From assembly GCA_963829525.1 (NCBI GenBank), contig CAWHIJ010000003.1, forward strand, positions 736,001-800,000: DNA of 64,000 nucleotides, given 5' to 3'. The translations under genes were made by a program, and so were the position numbers. The notes beneath the pieces are model-generated. The model saw only the letters and a program-made list of their open reading frames with translations. It did not search any database and was not told where the DNA came from. The DNA comes from an uncultured Actinomycetota bacterium. Lineage in GTDB: Bacteria > Actinomycetota > Actinomycetes > JAHEKZ01. How positions within the stretch are numbered: position 1 is the first letter of the stretch; every line of letters begins with the position of its first letter. Shown here piece after piece: positions 33,504 to 46,130 of this stretch.

Positions 33504-34166
33504 GTGCTGTTGTTGGGGCTGGACACCGCCACCGCGGTCACCACTGTTGCCTTGGTGCGGTCGGTGCCTGGTGCAGACACACAAGTTCTCGGTGAGCGCA
33601 GTCACGTCGACGCACGCCGGCATGGCCAGGTTCTCCCGGTGCAGATCGACGAGGTGCTCCGTGGCGCTGGCGTCAACCCAGCAGACCTGGACGCGGTCGC
33701 AGTGGGTATCGGACCCGGAGCCTTCACCGGGCTCCGCGTTGGCTTGGCGACGGCCCAAACCTTGGGTCAGGCCCTGCAGATCCCGGTCCATGGAGTGAGC
33801 ACCCTCGACGTCCTGGCCTTTGCGACACAGTGCGAGGAGCCGTTCGCCGTTGTGACCGATGCGCGACGCCGAGAGTTCTTCTGGGCGACTTACCGCCGAC
33901 ACGATGTTCGCTTGAGTGCGCCAACGGTGGGCACTCCTGCTGCAGCTCGCGAGGCGCTAGGGGGGATGACTGTGTTCTGTCCGCCCCGGACGCCTGCAAT
34001 CGATGGTCAAGAGGTTGTCGAGGGAGGCGAACCAAACGGGGAGGTGCTCTGCCGACTGGTGCTGTCTCGACTTGCGAAGGGTCGATCCACTGAGGACCCG
34101 GTGCCGCTCTACCTGAGACGGCCCGACGTGACGCCGTCTGCAAGCCCCAAGTCGGTGCTTGCATGA
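33504..34166 (+). CDS. tsaB: t6A biosynthesis protein TsaB
   Basis: LGLDTAT, GPGAFTGLRVG, DARRRE, PLYLRRPD. Confidence 0.96.
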   Translation: MLLLGLDTATAVTTVALVRSVPGADTQVLGERSHVDARRHGQVLPVQIDEVLRGAGVNPADLDAVAVGIGPGAFTGLRVGLATAQTLGQALQIPVHGVSTLDVLAFATQCEEPFAVVTDARRREFFWATYRRHDVRLSAPTVGTPAAAREALGGMTVFCPPRTPAIDGQEVVEGGEPNGEVLCRLVLSRLAKGRSTEDPVPLYLRRPDVTPSASPKSVLA

Positions 34167-34675
34167 CCATGGCAGCGATCGACAAGGCAATGACGGCAGA
34201 TCTCGTCATCCGCCAGATGCGATGGTGGGACATCGAACAGGTGCACCGACTGGAGGCGAACGCGTTTCCGCAAACTCCTTGGCCGGTTGAGACGTTCTGG
34301 TCTGAGCTCGCCGGCGTCCCCGCCACGCGCCACTACCTGGTGGCGGAGAGTTACGGCCAGGTCGTGGGGTACGCCGGACTCATGGTCATCGGGGGCGAGG
34401 CTGACGTCCAGACGCTCGCTGTCGCTGCTGAGAGCCAGCGCCATGGAGTGGGTGCCCGGCTGCTGAGCGCCCTGTTGGCTGAGGCCGAGCGCAGAGGCTG
34501 CTCGCACGTCACATTGGAGGTCGGCGCCGACGGGGAGTCCGCACAACGGCTGTATTCGAGCTGTGGTTTTGAAGTTATCGCACGCCGAACCTCCTACTAC
34601 GGTCCTGGAGCTGACGCATTGATCATGCGACTCAGGCTCGGATCTTCAGGTCACGTGGAAATGCCGGCGCCGTGA
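34163..34675 (+). CDS. rimI: Ribosomal protein S18 alanine N-acetyltransferase
   Basis: GNAT motifs QRHGVG, LEV, LY...GF...YY...DALIM; between tsaB and tsaD. Confidence 0.92.
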   Translation: MTMAAIDKAMTADLVIRQMRWWDIEQVHRLEANAFPQTPWPVETFWSELAGVPATRHYLVAESYGQVVGYAGLMVIGGEADVQTLAVAAESQRHGVGARLLSALLAEAERRGCSHVTLEVGADGESAQRLYSSCGFEVIARRTSYYGPGADALIMRLRLGSSGHVEMPAP

Positions 34676-35722
34676 GCAGCCAGGCCCTCGTCCTCGGAAT
34701 CGAGACCTCGTGTGACGAGACGGGCGTTGGACTGGTTCGAGGAACGACGCTCCTGGCCGACGAGGTCGCGAGCAGCATCGACGAGCACGCCAGGTTCGGC
34801 GGAGTCGTCCCGGAGGTCGCGAGCCGCGCGCACCTCGAGGCCATGCCTGCCACGCTCTCCCGTGCCGTCGACCAGGCAGGGGTGTCTCTCTCGGACATCG
34901 ACGCAGTCGCCGTGACAGCCGGTCCCGGTCTGGTTGGCGCGCTTCTCGTCGGAACCGCGACCGCCCAGACGCTGGCGCTGGCGCTGGGCAAGCCGCTCTA
35001 CGGAGTGAATCACCTTGCCGCGCACGTGGCCGTCGACCGGCTCGAGCACGGGCCGCTGCCGCAGCCGGCCATCGCGCTGCTGGTCAGCGGGGGACACTCG
35101 TCGCTGCTACGTGTTGACGACGTCACCGCTGACGTGACCGCAATGGGCGCGACAATCGACGACGCGGCAGGGGAGGCCTTCGACAAGGTGGGGCGCCTGC
35201 TTGGCCTTCCCTTTCCGGGCGGCCCCGCATATCGACCGACTCGCAAATGACGGAGATGCGACAGCGATCGCCTTTCCGCGAGGACTGACGGGGCAGCGAG
35301 ACCTCGACCGGCACCGGTTCGACTTCTCGTTCTCGGGCCTGAAGACCGCGGTGGCGCGCTGGGTCGAGCTGCGACAGCGAGAGGGGGAACCGGTGAACGT
35401 GGCTGATGTCGCAGCGTCCTTCCAAGAGGCGGTGGTCGACGTGCTCAGCAAGAAGGCGCTGGATGCCTGTCGTCAGCAGGGGATAGAGCACCTGCTACTT
35501 AGCGGAGGGGTCGCAGCCAACTCGCGGCTGCGGACACTGCTTGAACAGCGGTGCGCTGCAGCCGGCGTGAGTCTTCGAGTCCCGCGTGCTGGGCTCTGCA
35601 CCGACAACGGCGCCATGGTGGCTGCTCTGGGCGCCGCCCTGGTCGAGTCCGGGCGATCACCTTCGGCACTGGGACTTCCGGTGGACTCAGCTCTGCCGGT
35701 TGACCAAGTCAGGGTCTCGTAA
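34672..35722 (+). CDS. tsaD: t6A biosynthesis protein TsaD, one frameshift near 35225
   Basis: [30 protein letters not shown], then [21 protein letters not shown] in the next frame. Confidence 0.96.
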
Positions 35723-35826
35723 GACTTGCCAACAGCGCTCGCTGCGTCGCGCCGTCTCCGCCACCCAACCAACGCCACACCTGACCCGGCGTTTGGCCTC
35801 CTTCTCGGATCGGGGATGATGCTCAG

Positions 35827-36147
35827 GTGATTGTGCGTATGTGGGAAACCCCCGTGAAGTCAGGGCAGATCGATGCCCTCATCGAGTACGTCAAGGCCGA
35901 GGTGTGGCCAGGCGTGACCGCCGCCAAGGGATTCGTGGGCGGCGAGGTGCTGCGCTCGTTCGGTGAAGGCGGCGACCGCCTCCTGCTCATCACCCGTTGG
36001 GACGGCACCGATGCGCTCTCCGGATTTCTTGGACCGGACTGGCAGGCACACCAGATGACACCGGTGCCGGCCGAAGAGCCGTTGCTCGCCGGTTCTCCTT
36101 TCGTCGACCACTGGGACCTCGTCACCACGTTCGAGGCCGGAGACTAG
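35827..36147 (+). CDS. ABM-like (dimeric alpha+beta barrel) small protein
   Basis: MIVRMWE...GFVGGEVLR...LLITRWD pattern. Confidence 0.7.
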   Translation: MIVRMWETPVKSGQIDALIEYVKAEVWPGVTAAKGFVGGEVLRSFGEGGDRLLLITRWDGTDALSGFLGPDWQAHQMTPVPAEEPLLAGSPFVDHWDLVTTFEAGD

Positions 36148-37361
36148 GAACTCACTTCCTTGGCTCGGCAGACGACCACGGTCGGGTCGTCACCGATCCG
36201 CGTGAGCACGATGGTGCGTCTTTTGGGGGCGGATCCATCCAGTCGCAGTGACCCCCGCAGCGTGTCCACGTCGATCGCCGACCCCCTTTTCTTGATCACT
36301 ACGTGACCGACCTCGTGCTCGCGAAGGTAGTTGCGGAGCCGCTTGAGCGAGAAGCGCATGACGTCCAAGACCTGGTAGCTGGACAGGAAGGGCGACGAAA
36401 CCGGTAAGTCGGTGCTGATGTATGCAATGCGCGGATCGAGCAACCAGCCTCCGACCTGCGCGACAACAGCTGCGACGAGGCCAGCACGGATCACGGCCCC
36501 ATCGGGCTCGTGCAAGTGGCTCCCAACTGCACGAATGGGCGGCGGCGCGGTTGGCAAGTCGGCGTCGGTGACGCGGGCACCTGTGGGAAGCAGCGTCGCG
36601 CTCCGGGTGATCCCTACGGCCCGGAGACTCCCACGGTAGAGCGCAGCCTCGACAACCGCGCCGCCGTCCGATACGACGCAGAACTCGGTACCGGCCGGCA
36701 CAAGATCGTGGTCGAGCCCCGGAGCGACCTTCACGCCAAGACTCTTCACGGGAAGGTCGAGCACCCACGACAGCGGCGGAGACCAGCTCTGCGGCAGGGT
36801 CAAGCGTCGCCCTTCACGCCGCCGGGCGGGGTCAGCAAACACCGCGTCGTACTTCGACCACGTCTCGTCCGGGAGTGTGGTCACGTCCGCCGCAGTCACG
36901 CTAATCCGTCCGCCGTGCCCCCTGGCTTGAGCATTGGCCGCGGCTACCTCGGCGGTCAGGGGATCTTTGTCGTAGGCGCCCACCCGCAGTCCTGCGTCGG
37001 CGAAGGCCAGCGCATCGAGTCCGACGCCGCAACCGATGTCGGCGATGAATCTACCGGCGCCCCCGTCAGCGAAGCGGGCCGCGCGAAGCCCGGCGACTGT
37101 CGGTCTGGTCGCCTGCTCAGCGCCGTCGGGCGTCAGCAGGATGTGGGGGAGCAGTTCGGCCCCGGCTGGTCCCCAGCGAAGGGCAGCATTGGTGCGGAGC
37201 CTGCTCTGGGTCAGGGCTGCGGACACGAGAGCTGCGGAGTGGCCAGCGCGGCGGAGTCGCTCGCCGGTTGCCAGGGCGGTGCGCTCGTCGTAGCCGGGGA
37301 GGTCGGCAAGCAGGTGGCGTCCCTCGGGGCTGGTCAGTAACGCAACGTCAGCGAGCTCCAC
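36144..37361 (-). CDS. Class I SAM-dependent methyltransferase with THUMP-like C-terminus
   Basis: EQAT, ADIGCGVGLD, DPARR, KVAPG, EPDGAVIRAGL, IKKRG; divergent from groES as in other actinobacteria. Confidence 0.88.
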   Translation of the reverse strand: MELADVALLTSPEGRHLLADLPGYDERTALATGERLRRAGHSAALVSAALTQSRLRTNAALRWGPAGAELLPHILLTPDGAEQATRPTVAGLRAARFADGGAGRFIADIGCGVGLDALAFADAGLRVGAYDKDPLTAEVAAANAQARGHGGRISVTAADVTTLPDETWSKYDAVFADPARRREGRRLTLPQSWSPPLSWVLDLPVKSLGVKVAPGLDHDLVPAGTEFCVVSDGGAVVEAALYRGSLRAVGITRSATLLPTGARVTDADLPTAPPPIRAVGSHLHEPDGAVIRAGLVAAVVAQVGGWLLDPRIAYISTDLPVSSPFLSSYQVLDVMRFSLKRLRNYLREHEVGHVVIKKRGSAIDVDTLRGSLRLDGSAPKRRTIVLTRIGDDPTVVVCRAKEVSS

Positions 37362-37401
37362 GGACCCATCCTCCCCGCCGAGAGCGGCGTGGGGGCTCCA
37401 G

Positions 37402-37428
37402 CTGGCACTCGGGTTGACGGAGTGCTAA
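37402..37428 (+). promoter_or_regulatory. CIRCE element 1 (HrcA operator)
   Basis: CTGGCACTC-N9-GAGTGCTAA. Confidence 0.92.
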
Positions 37429-37442
37429 CCGCTGGCTAAGTT
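37414..37442 (+). promoter_or_regulatory. groES promoter
   Basis: TTGACG-N17-TAAGTT, with the -35 inside CIRCE 1. Confidence 0.75.
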
Positions 37443-37447
37443 AGGCG

Positions 37448-37474
37448 TTGGCACTCTCACCCTGAGTGTGCCAG
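37448..37474 (+). promoter_or_regulatory. CIRCE element 2 (HrcA operator)
   Basis: TTGGCACTC-N9-GTGTGCCAG. Confidence 0.85.
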
Positions 37475-37579
37475 CCCGTCCCTTGTGGACGAGCAGGCGC
37501 CGCCCGTCCGACCCCGCGACGGCGGAAGGTCGGCGCAGTCCCTTTTGTTTCGTTTAGCCGCAAGGCGGAGGTCATCTCA

Positions 37580-37879
37580 GTGTCGGTTTCCATCAAGCCG
37601 CTCGAGGACCGCATTCTCGTCCAGGCCCTCGATGCCGAGCAGACCACGGCGTCAGGTCTCGTCATCCCGGACACCGCCAAGGAGAAGCCCCAAGAGGGCA
37701 AGGTCCTTGCCGTTGGTCCGGGTCGTTTCGATGAGGACGGCGAGAAGCGCATCCCCCTCGACATCAGCGTCAATGATGTTGTCGTCTACAGCAAGTACGG
37801 CGGCACCGAGGTCAAGTATGACGGCCAGGAGTACCTCATTCTCTCTGCGCGCGACGTGCTCGCGATCGTGGAGAAGTGA
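37580..37879 (+). CDS. groES: Co-chaperonin GroES
   Basis: [39 protein letters not shown]. Confidence 0.99.
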   Translation: MSVSIKPLEDRILVQALDAEQTTASGLVIPDTAKEKPQEGKVLAVGPGRFDEDGEKRIPLDISVNDVVVYSKYGGTEVKYDGQEYLILSARDVLAIVEK

Positions 37880-37905
37880 GTCAGCTCCTCCGTTAGTCCA
37901 ATCGT

Positions 37906-37950
37906 CGTGACGCCCCGCGCCCCCGCATCGTCGGGTGCCGGGGCGTCACG
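37906..37950 (+). terminator. Intergenic hairpin groES-groEL
   Basis: CGTGACGCCCCG ... CGGGGCGTCACG 12-bp inverted repeat. Confidence 0.6.
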
Positions 37951-37966
37951 CATGTACCGCTCTTGA

Positions 37967-39646
<1,680 letters not shown>

Positions 39647-39721
39647 GCCGTTCGAACGCCCACCCATTGCCGCCCGAAGTCTTTGCGGTGGTGGCCGGGG
39701 CGCCGAAGTCGCTCTGTCGGG

Positions 39722-40017
39722 TCAGCCGACGAGTTTGAGGTTCTTGCGGCGGTAGATCAGCCTCGCGCTCTTCCTCGGTCATGCCGCCCCAGACGCCGTA
39801 GGGCTCACGGACGGCAAGGGCATGAGCCGCGCACTGCGCGATCACCGGGCAGCTGGCGCACACCGCCTTTGCGGTTCTGTCGCGAGCCTCGCGTGAGGGG
39901 CCTCGCTCGCCTTCAGGGTGAAAGAAGGTCGCCGGGATCGACGGACCGGCAGGCGCCGTCGAACTGCCATTCCCAGACGTCGGCCACCGGCCCGGGAAGT
40001 CGGGAGATGTCGGCCAT
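39722..40017 (-). CDS. WhiB-family Fe-S regulator (WhiB3/WhiD-like), two frameshifts near 39935 and 39760
   Basis: Reconstructed MADISRLPGPVADVWEWQFDGACRSVDP/ATFFHPEGERG...AKAVCASCPVIAQC...EPYGVWGGMTEEERE/LIYRRKNLKLVG*. Confidence 0.9.
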
Positions 40018-40053
40018 GGGGTCCTCCAAGATTTCGGGCGGTTGTGAACGATC

Positions 40054-40082
40054 ACGCTACAACCGCTTCATAAGTTGGTCAA
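40054..40082 (-). promoter_or_regulatory. Housekeeping promoter of the whiB gene
   Basis: Minus strand TTGACC-N17-TAGCGT; SD GGAGG before ATG. Confidence 0.7.
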
Positions 40083-40167
40083 GCCTTTGCGCTGACCAAG
40101 GTGCGAGTCGTTTAGCACTCCAGGGGTCGAGGTGCGCCGTCGGCCGGTCGGGCCCACAATCACCTCC

Positions 40168-41090
40168 ATGGAACAAGCGGTGGACGGCCCGCATGCCCAG
40201 CGCCGTCGCTCACGGTGGCGGCTCTGGCGCGGCGGTTAGGGGTGGCCCCCGCAACCCTGCGCACCTGGGACCGGCGCTATGGCGTTGGCCCGAGTGGCCA
40301 CTCAGCCGGAGCCCACCGCCGCTACACGCCCACGGATGTGCAGCGGCTCGAGCAAATGCGACGGCTGACCCTGGAGGGCGTCGCCCCAGGTGAAGCAGCG
40401 CGCGTTGCGTTGGCAGGATCTGCCTCTCTCGTGCCGGCACCTCCGGAGGACAGCACTCCGACGCCGGTGGTCCCGCCGACCAGTACCGATGCCGCCGTCC
40501 GTGGCCTCACAAGGGCGGCGCTGGCTCTGGACGCCCGCTCCATCGACAAAGTCTTGGTCGATGCCTTCGGAGGCATGGTGTGCTCTGGACGTGGGATGCG
40601 CTTATTCTCCCCGTTTTGGCCGCAATCGGTGAGCGATGGGCAGACACCGGGAACGGCATCGATGTCGAGCACCTCATGGCAGAGACCGTGCTGGGCGCGC
40701 TTCGCTCGGTCATGGTCTGCGGCGCCGGAACCGCGACAATGCTCGTCCCGTCATTGCTGGCTTCCGCGCCTGAAGAGCTGCACACCTTGCCACTCCACGC
40801 GCTTGCTGCCGCCCTGCGCCGAACGGGGCATCGACTCCAGGGTGCTGGGGGCCAGCGTCCCTGGACCCGCGCTGGCCGCGGCGGTTCGGCGTGGCGGAGC
40901 CAGCGGCGTGTTCATCTGGGCTCATCGTCGTGAGATCGCTGATCTGGCTCAGGTCGAGGCCGTGCCGGCCATGCGCCCTCCGGTCCGCATCGTGGTGGGC
41001 GGCCCCGGCTGGCAGGATCAGGTACCGCCAGGGGCAGTCCACGTCAGCACCCTGAGTGAGGCCGTCACTGTGCTGCAGCGCGGCCGCTGA
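40168..41090 (+). CDS. MerR-family regulator with B12-binding domain (CarH/LitR-like), about three frameshifts
   Basis: LTVAALARRLGVAPATLRTWDRRYG...HRRY HTH; W-x9-EH (WADTGNGIDVEH), EELH, VVGGPGW spread over frames. Confidence 0.82.
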
Positions 41091-41211
41091 CGGCCGCACT
41101 GTCCCGAACCCACCAGGCGGCAGCGGTTAACACCGCGGTGTCGTGTGCCGAGACTTCAGGGCAAGGGGCGTCGCGTGGCGCCCGCCATCGCCGATGTCTT
41201 GAGGTTCTTCA

Positions 41212-42120
41212 GTGTCCGACGACCTTGCCGAGCTGCTCGCCACCGGCGAGCGGGCTGCTTTCCACGGTCGCCCGGCGAGTGGTGTTGTCGCACTCGAGTC
41301 GGCGTTCGAGCTTGCCAGGACCGACGGGAAGGGCGCCGAGGCCACGGCCGCTGCATGGCTACTCGGCGTGTGCCTGGCCGCGGCAGGCAAGTTTGGCGGA
41401 TCCCTCGCGGTTCTTGAGCCACTCGTTGCTGCTGGCACCTCTGAGGTGCCAGAGCGGCGCCTGTTCGCCGCGCTGGCAGCGTCCACCTCGGCATCGGTCC
41501 GTCGCCAGCTCGGCCAGTTGGCCGAGGCCAAACGTCTCGACGATGCCGCGTTCGCCTGCAGTAATGGCGCACCAGAAGCGGCATTCGACGCCACGATCGG
41601 GCTTGCCGCAGATGCTGTGATCGGCGACGATGCGGCGTCCGCACAACACCTGGTGGAGCAAGCGCGGCTGCTGACCGACGGCCACCTCGACTGGTGGCGT
41701 CAACGAGTGCGGCTCGCCTGGGTGGAGGCCGAGGTGGCTCTGCTCCTCGGAGACTTTGGTCGTGCCGCAGGAGTCCTGCTGGAGGCCGTTCAGCTGGCCG
41801 AGGTGTCCGGTGCGCCACGCCATGTGGCCAAGACCCTGCTTCTTCTCGGTGTTGCTCAGGTGCAGAGTGGCGAACTTACTGCGGCGGAGAACACCCTGCG
41901 GCGATCAGCGACCCTGGCCGAGAGTCTTGGGGCCCTCCCTACCCTCTGGCCGTCCAGAGCACTGCTCGGGGCACTCCTGGAGGAGAGCTCGCCTGCCGAG
42001 TCGGCTAAGTCGCTGGCTGCTGCCCGCAGCGGGGTGATCGCCATTGCCGACGACCTCCCCGACGACCTCCGCAACGTATGGCTGGATCGGCCAGACGTTG
42101 CTGCCCTCCTAGGAGGGTGA
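41212..42120 (+). CDS. Helical-repeat (TPR-like) protein resembling mycobacterial Rv3415c
   Basis: STSASVRRQLG, DATIGLAADA, VRLAWVEAE, RHVAKT, LGALPTLW; synteny between whiB3 and sigD (recalled). Confidence 0.7.
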   Translation: MSDDLAELLATGERAAFHGRPASGVVALESAFELARTDGKGAEATAAAWLLGVCLAAAGKFGGSLAVLEPLVAAGTSEVPERRLFAALAASTSASVRRQLGQLAEAKRLDDAAFACSNGAPEAAFDATIGLAADAVIGDDAASAQHLVEQARLLTDGHLDWWRQRVRLAWVEAEVALLLGDFGRAAGVLLEAVQLAEVSGAPRHVAKTLLLLGVAQVQSGELTAAENTLRRSATLAESLGALPTLWPSRALLGALLEESSPAESAKSLAAARSGVIAIADDLPDDLRNVWLDRPDVAALLGG

Positions 42121-42162
42121 CGAGATCTTGGCCCAAACCCAGGGGCTTTGTGAAACTCACCC

Positions 42163-42189
42163 CTCACGCTTCGTAGTAAATGTGCCGAA
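42163..42189 (+). promoter_or_regulatory. Candidate sigma-28 (FliA/WhiG) promoter of bldM
   Basis: CTCA-N17-GCCGAA. Confidence 0.55.
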
Positions 42190-42267
42190 AGAGATCCAGA
42201 GACAGTCGGGCTCCCCTCACCCGAAAACCGCGATGCGCTCGATCGACGAGCGCTGCAAGGAGGCGCC

Positions 42268-42879
42268 GTGACCACGGTTCTGGTGTGCGACGATTCACCG
42301 CTCGCACGCGAGACGTTGCGTCGCGCCGTCGCCGCTGTCCCCGGTGTGGACCGGGTGACCGTGGCGGGGAGTGGCGAAGAGGTGCTCAGCAGGTGGGCGG
42401 GAGAGCGACCCGAGCTTGTGCTGATGGACGTCCGGATGCCAGGGCTCGGCGGGGTGGAGTCGGCGCGCCGGCTCGTTGCCACCTACCCCGATGCCGCGGT
42501 CGTGATGCTCACCATGGCAGAGGACCAAGACGGCGTAGCTCGTGCGGTCGCGGGTGGCTCCCGTGGCTACCTGGTCAAGGACGCAACTCGCGAGGAGCTG
42601 ACGGCAACGGTCTCGTACGCCTTGGCGGAAGCGACCTGGCGTCGCGTCCCCCGACGCTCGCAGCCGGTCGAGATGGGTGCTCCACCAGCGCTGACTGAGC
42701 GCGAGTTGCAGGTGCTCGGTGGAATGTCCCGTGGCCGAAGCAATGCGGAGATCGGCCGAGAGCTCTACCTGTCCGAGGACACGGTCAAGACGCATGCCCG
42801 CAGACTCTTCCGAAAGGTCGGAGCGGCCGACCGGGCGCAGGCGGTAGCGATGGGTTTCCGCTGGGGCCTGGTGCGTTAA
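42268..42879 (+). CDS. bldM: Orphan NarL/LuxR response regulator BldM
   Basis: 203 aa; [15 protein letters not shown]...[12 protein letters not shown]...[14 protein letters not shown]...GFRWGLVR, closely matching Streptomyces BldM as recalled; whiD-bldM-sigma-guaB synteny. Confidence 0.9.
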   Translation: MTTVLVCDDSPLARETLRRAVAAVPGVDRVTVAGSGEEVLSRWAGERPELVLMDVRMPGLGGVESARRLVATYPDAAVVMLTMAEDQDGVARAVAGGSRGYLVKDATREELTATVSYALAEATWRRVPRRSQPVEMGAPPALTERELQVLGGMSRGRSNAEIGRELYLSEDTVKTHARRLFRKVGAADRAQAVAMGFRWGLVR

Positions 42880-42928
42880 CCGTCTCGAAGGGGGTGAACG
42901 TCGACCACGCAGTGGTCTGCGATGCGGC

Positions 42929-43540
42929 ATGGGCAGCGATGTAACGGACGGGCCCGGCGAAGCGATCCTTCATCGAACGGAGGACGGTGATCTGCGGACC
43001 CTTGTGGGGCGCGCCACCGAAGGCGATGGCGCCGCTGCCGAGGCGCTGCTCACCCACCTCCGTCCACTGGTAGTCCGCTACTGCCGAGGACGCCTTGGAC
43101 GCGTCCCGGCAGCCGATTTTGCCGCAGATGACGCGGCGCAGGAGGTCTTGCTCGCCGTGCTGAGCGCGCTGCCCCGCTACCGAGACGAGGGACGCCCCTT
43201 CGAGGCATTCGTTTTTGGTATCGCGGCGCACAAGGTGGCTGACTTGCAGCGCGCCGCCTTCCGGACCGCTATTCCCACCGACGTGGTGCCCGACGCCACC
43301 GACCTGGGCATGACCCCGGAGGAGCGGGTCCTCCAGGCCGGCGACACCGAGTTGGCCAACGCGCTGTTGGACCGTCTTCCGAGCAACCTCCGCGAGCTTC
43401 TCCTACTGCGGGTAGCGGTTGGTTTGTCAGCTGAAGAGACGGGGCGCGCTCTCGGCATGACTCCAGGGGCCGTTCGAGTGGCCCAGCATCGCGCACTGGC
43501 CCGACTGCGTACCTATGCCGCCGAAGAGGTGGCGGTGTGA
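42929..43540 (+). CDS. ECF sigma factor, SigD/ShbA type
   Basis: [66 protein letters not shown]. Confidence 0.92.
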   Translation: MGSDVTDGPGEAILHRTEDGDLRTLVGRATEGDGAAAEALLTHLRPLVVRYCRGRLGRVPAADFAADDAAQEVLLAVLSALPRYRDEGRPFEAFVFGIAAHKVADLQRAAFRTAIPTDVVPDATDLGMTPEERVLQAGDTELANALLDRLPSNLRELLLLRVAVGLSAEETGRALGMTPGAVRVAQHRALARLRTYAAEEVAV

Positions 43541-44481
43541 TGTCCACCAACGAGTTCGACGCCGTTGCGGTGCAGCAGGACGCTGCATCGGTCCATGCTC
43601 TTGCCACCCGGGCCTTCGGCGAAGTGGACATGAACGACCCGGCCGTGGCTCTTCTCGCAGCCTGGGTCGCCCAGATCGATGACGGCGTCGATGAGGTGGC
43701 GCAGTTCGTGATGCCCCAGAACGGCTCATCTGGGCCGTCACCGGTTGCCATCTCGGCACCCCGGGGGCGACGCGCGGCCTTGATCGCAGGCTCCGCCGCC
43801 TTTGCCCTTGTCGTGTCCGGAGGCGCAGCGGCAGCGGTGACCGGAGATCCATTGGCGGCAGTCCGGGCACCACTCCACGCCTTGGGGGAGCTAAACCCCT
43901 TCGCCGACGCCGTTACGAACGCGCGGGAGCGCCTTCCGCTGAGCGCTCCGACCACGGCCAACGCCAACAAGCTGTTGGCCGGTGCCCAGCGAGCGATGGC
44001 CCAGGGGCGAACCTCAGAGGCACAAAAGCTCATCGCGGAGGCGGAGGCGCTGCTGGGGGGCACAGCCAATCCAGGCCAGCTGAACCGGCTGGAAAAGCTC
44101 AAGGACAAGGTTGCGGGGCACAGCGACCCGAAGGGCAAGGGCCTGGCCAATGCGCCGGGCAAGGGGCAGAGCGACCCGAAGGGCAAGGGCCTGGCCAATG
44201 CGCCGGGCAAGGGGCAGAGCGACCCGAAGGGCAAGGGCCTGGCCAATGCGCCGGGCAAGGGGCAGAGCGACCCGTTGGGCAAGGGCCCGGTTGACAAGGC
44301 CGGCAGCCAGCAGTCAGGTGGGTCATCGGGTGGTGGATCAACCCAACCGCCCAAGGACGAAACCTCGAGCCAAGGCCAGGGTCCTGGCTCGGAGAAGAGC
44401 ATGGACACCGGCGGTGCCAAGGAATCAGTGCCTGGATCGACCCATTCTGAGAAGGCGTCGGAATCAAAGGCCGGAGGCTGA
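43537..44481 (+). CDS. Probable anti-sigma factor (RsdA-like position) with low-complexity repeat tail
   Basis: Overlaps the sigma stop; [10 protein letters not shown], one TM helix, helical region, G/K/P/S-rich tail. Confidence 0.7.
   Translation: MMSTNEFDAVAVQQDAASVHALATRAFGEVDMNDPAVALLAAWVAQIDDGVDEVAQFVMPQNGSSGPSPVAISAPRGRRAALIAGSAAFALVVSGGAAAAVTGDPLAAVRAPLHALGELNPFADAVTNARERLPLSAPTTANANKLLAGAQRAMAQGRTSEAQKLIAEAEALLGGTANPGQLNRLEKLKDKVAGHSDPKGKGLANAPGKGQSDPKGKGLANAPGKGQSDPKGKGLANAPGKGQSDPLGKGPVDKAGSQQSGGSSGGGSTQPPKDETSSQGQGPGSEKSMDTGGAKESVPGSTHSEKASESKAGG
44122..44287 (+). repeat. 48-bp in-frame tandem repeat, 3 perfect copies plus a partial fourth
   Basis: AGCGACCCGAAGGGCAAGGGCCTGGCCAATGCGCCGGGCAAGGGGCAG at 44122, 44170, 44218; encodes [16 protein letters not shown]. 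Confidence 0.97.
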
Positions 44482-44529
44482 CCGGCGCCCCTCCGTAGCA
44501 CCGGGATCGGTCCGAGCGGGGCTCGGTAG

Positions 44530-46116
<1,587 letters not shown>

Positions 46117-46130
46117 GGGAGAGTCTCAGC

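Noticed and set aside
44122-44287. Tandem repeat as a CRISPR array
   Set aside because: No unique spacers, in-frame within a CDS, no cas genes.
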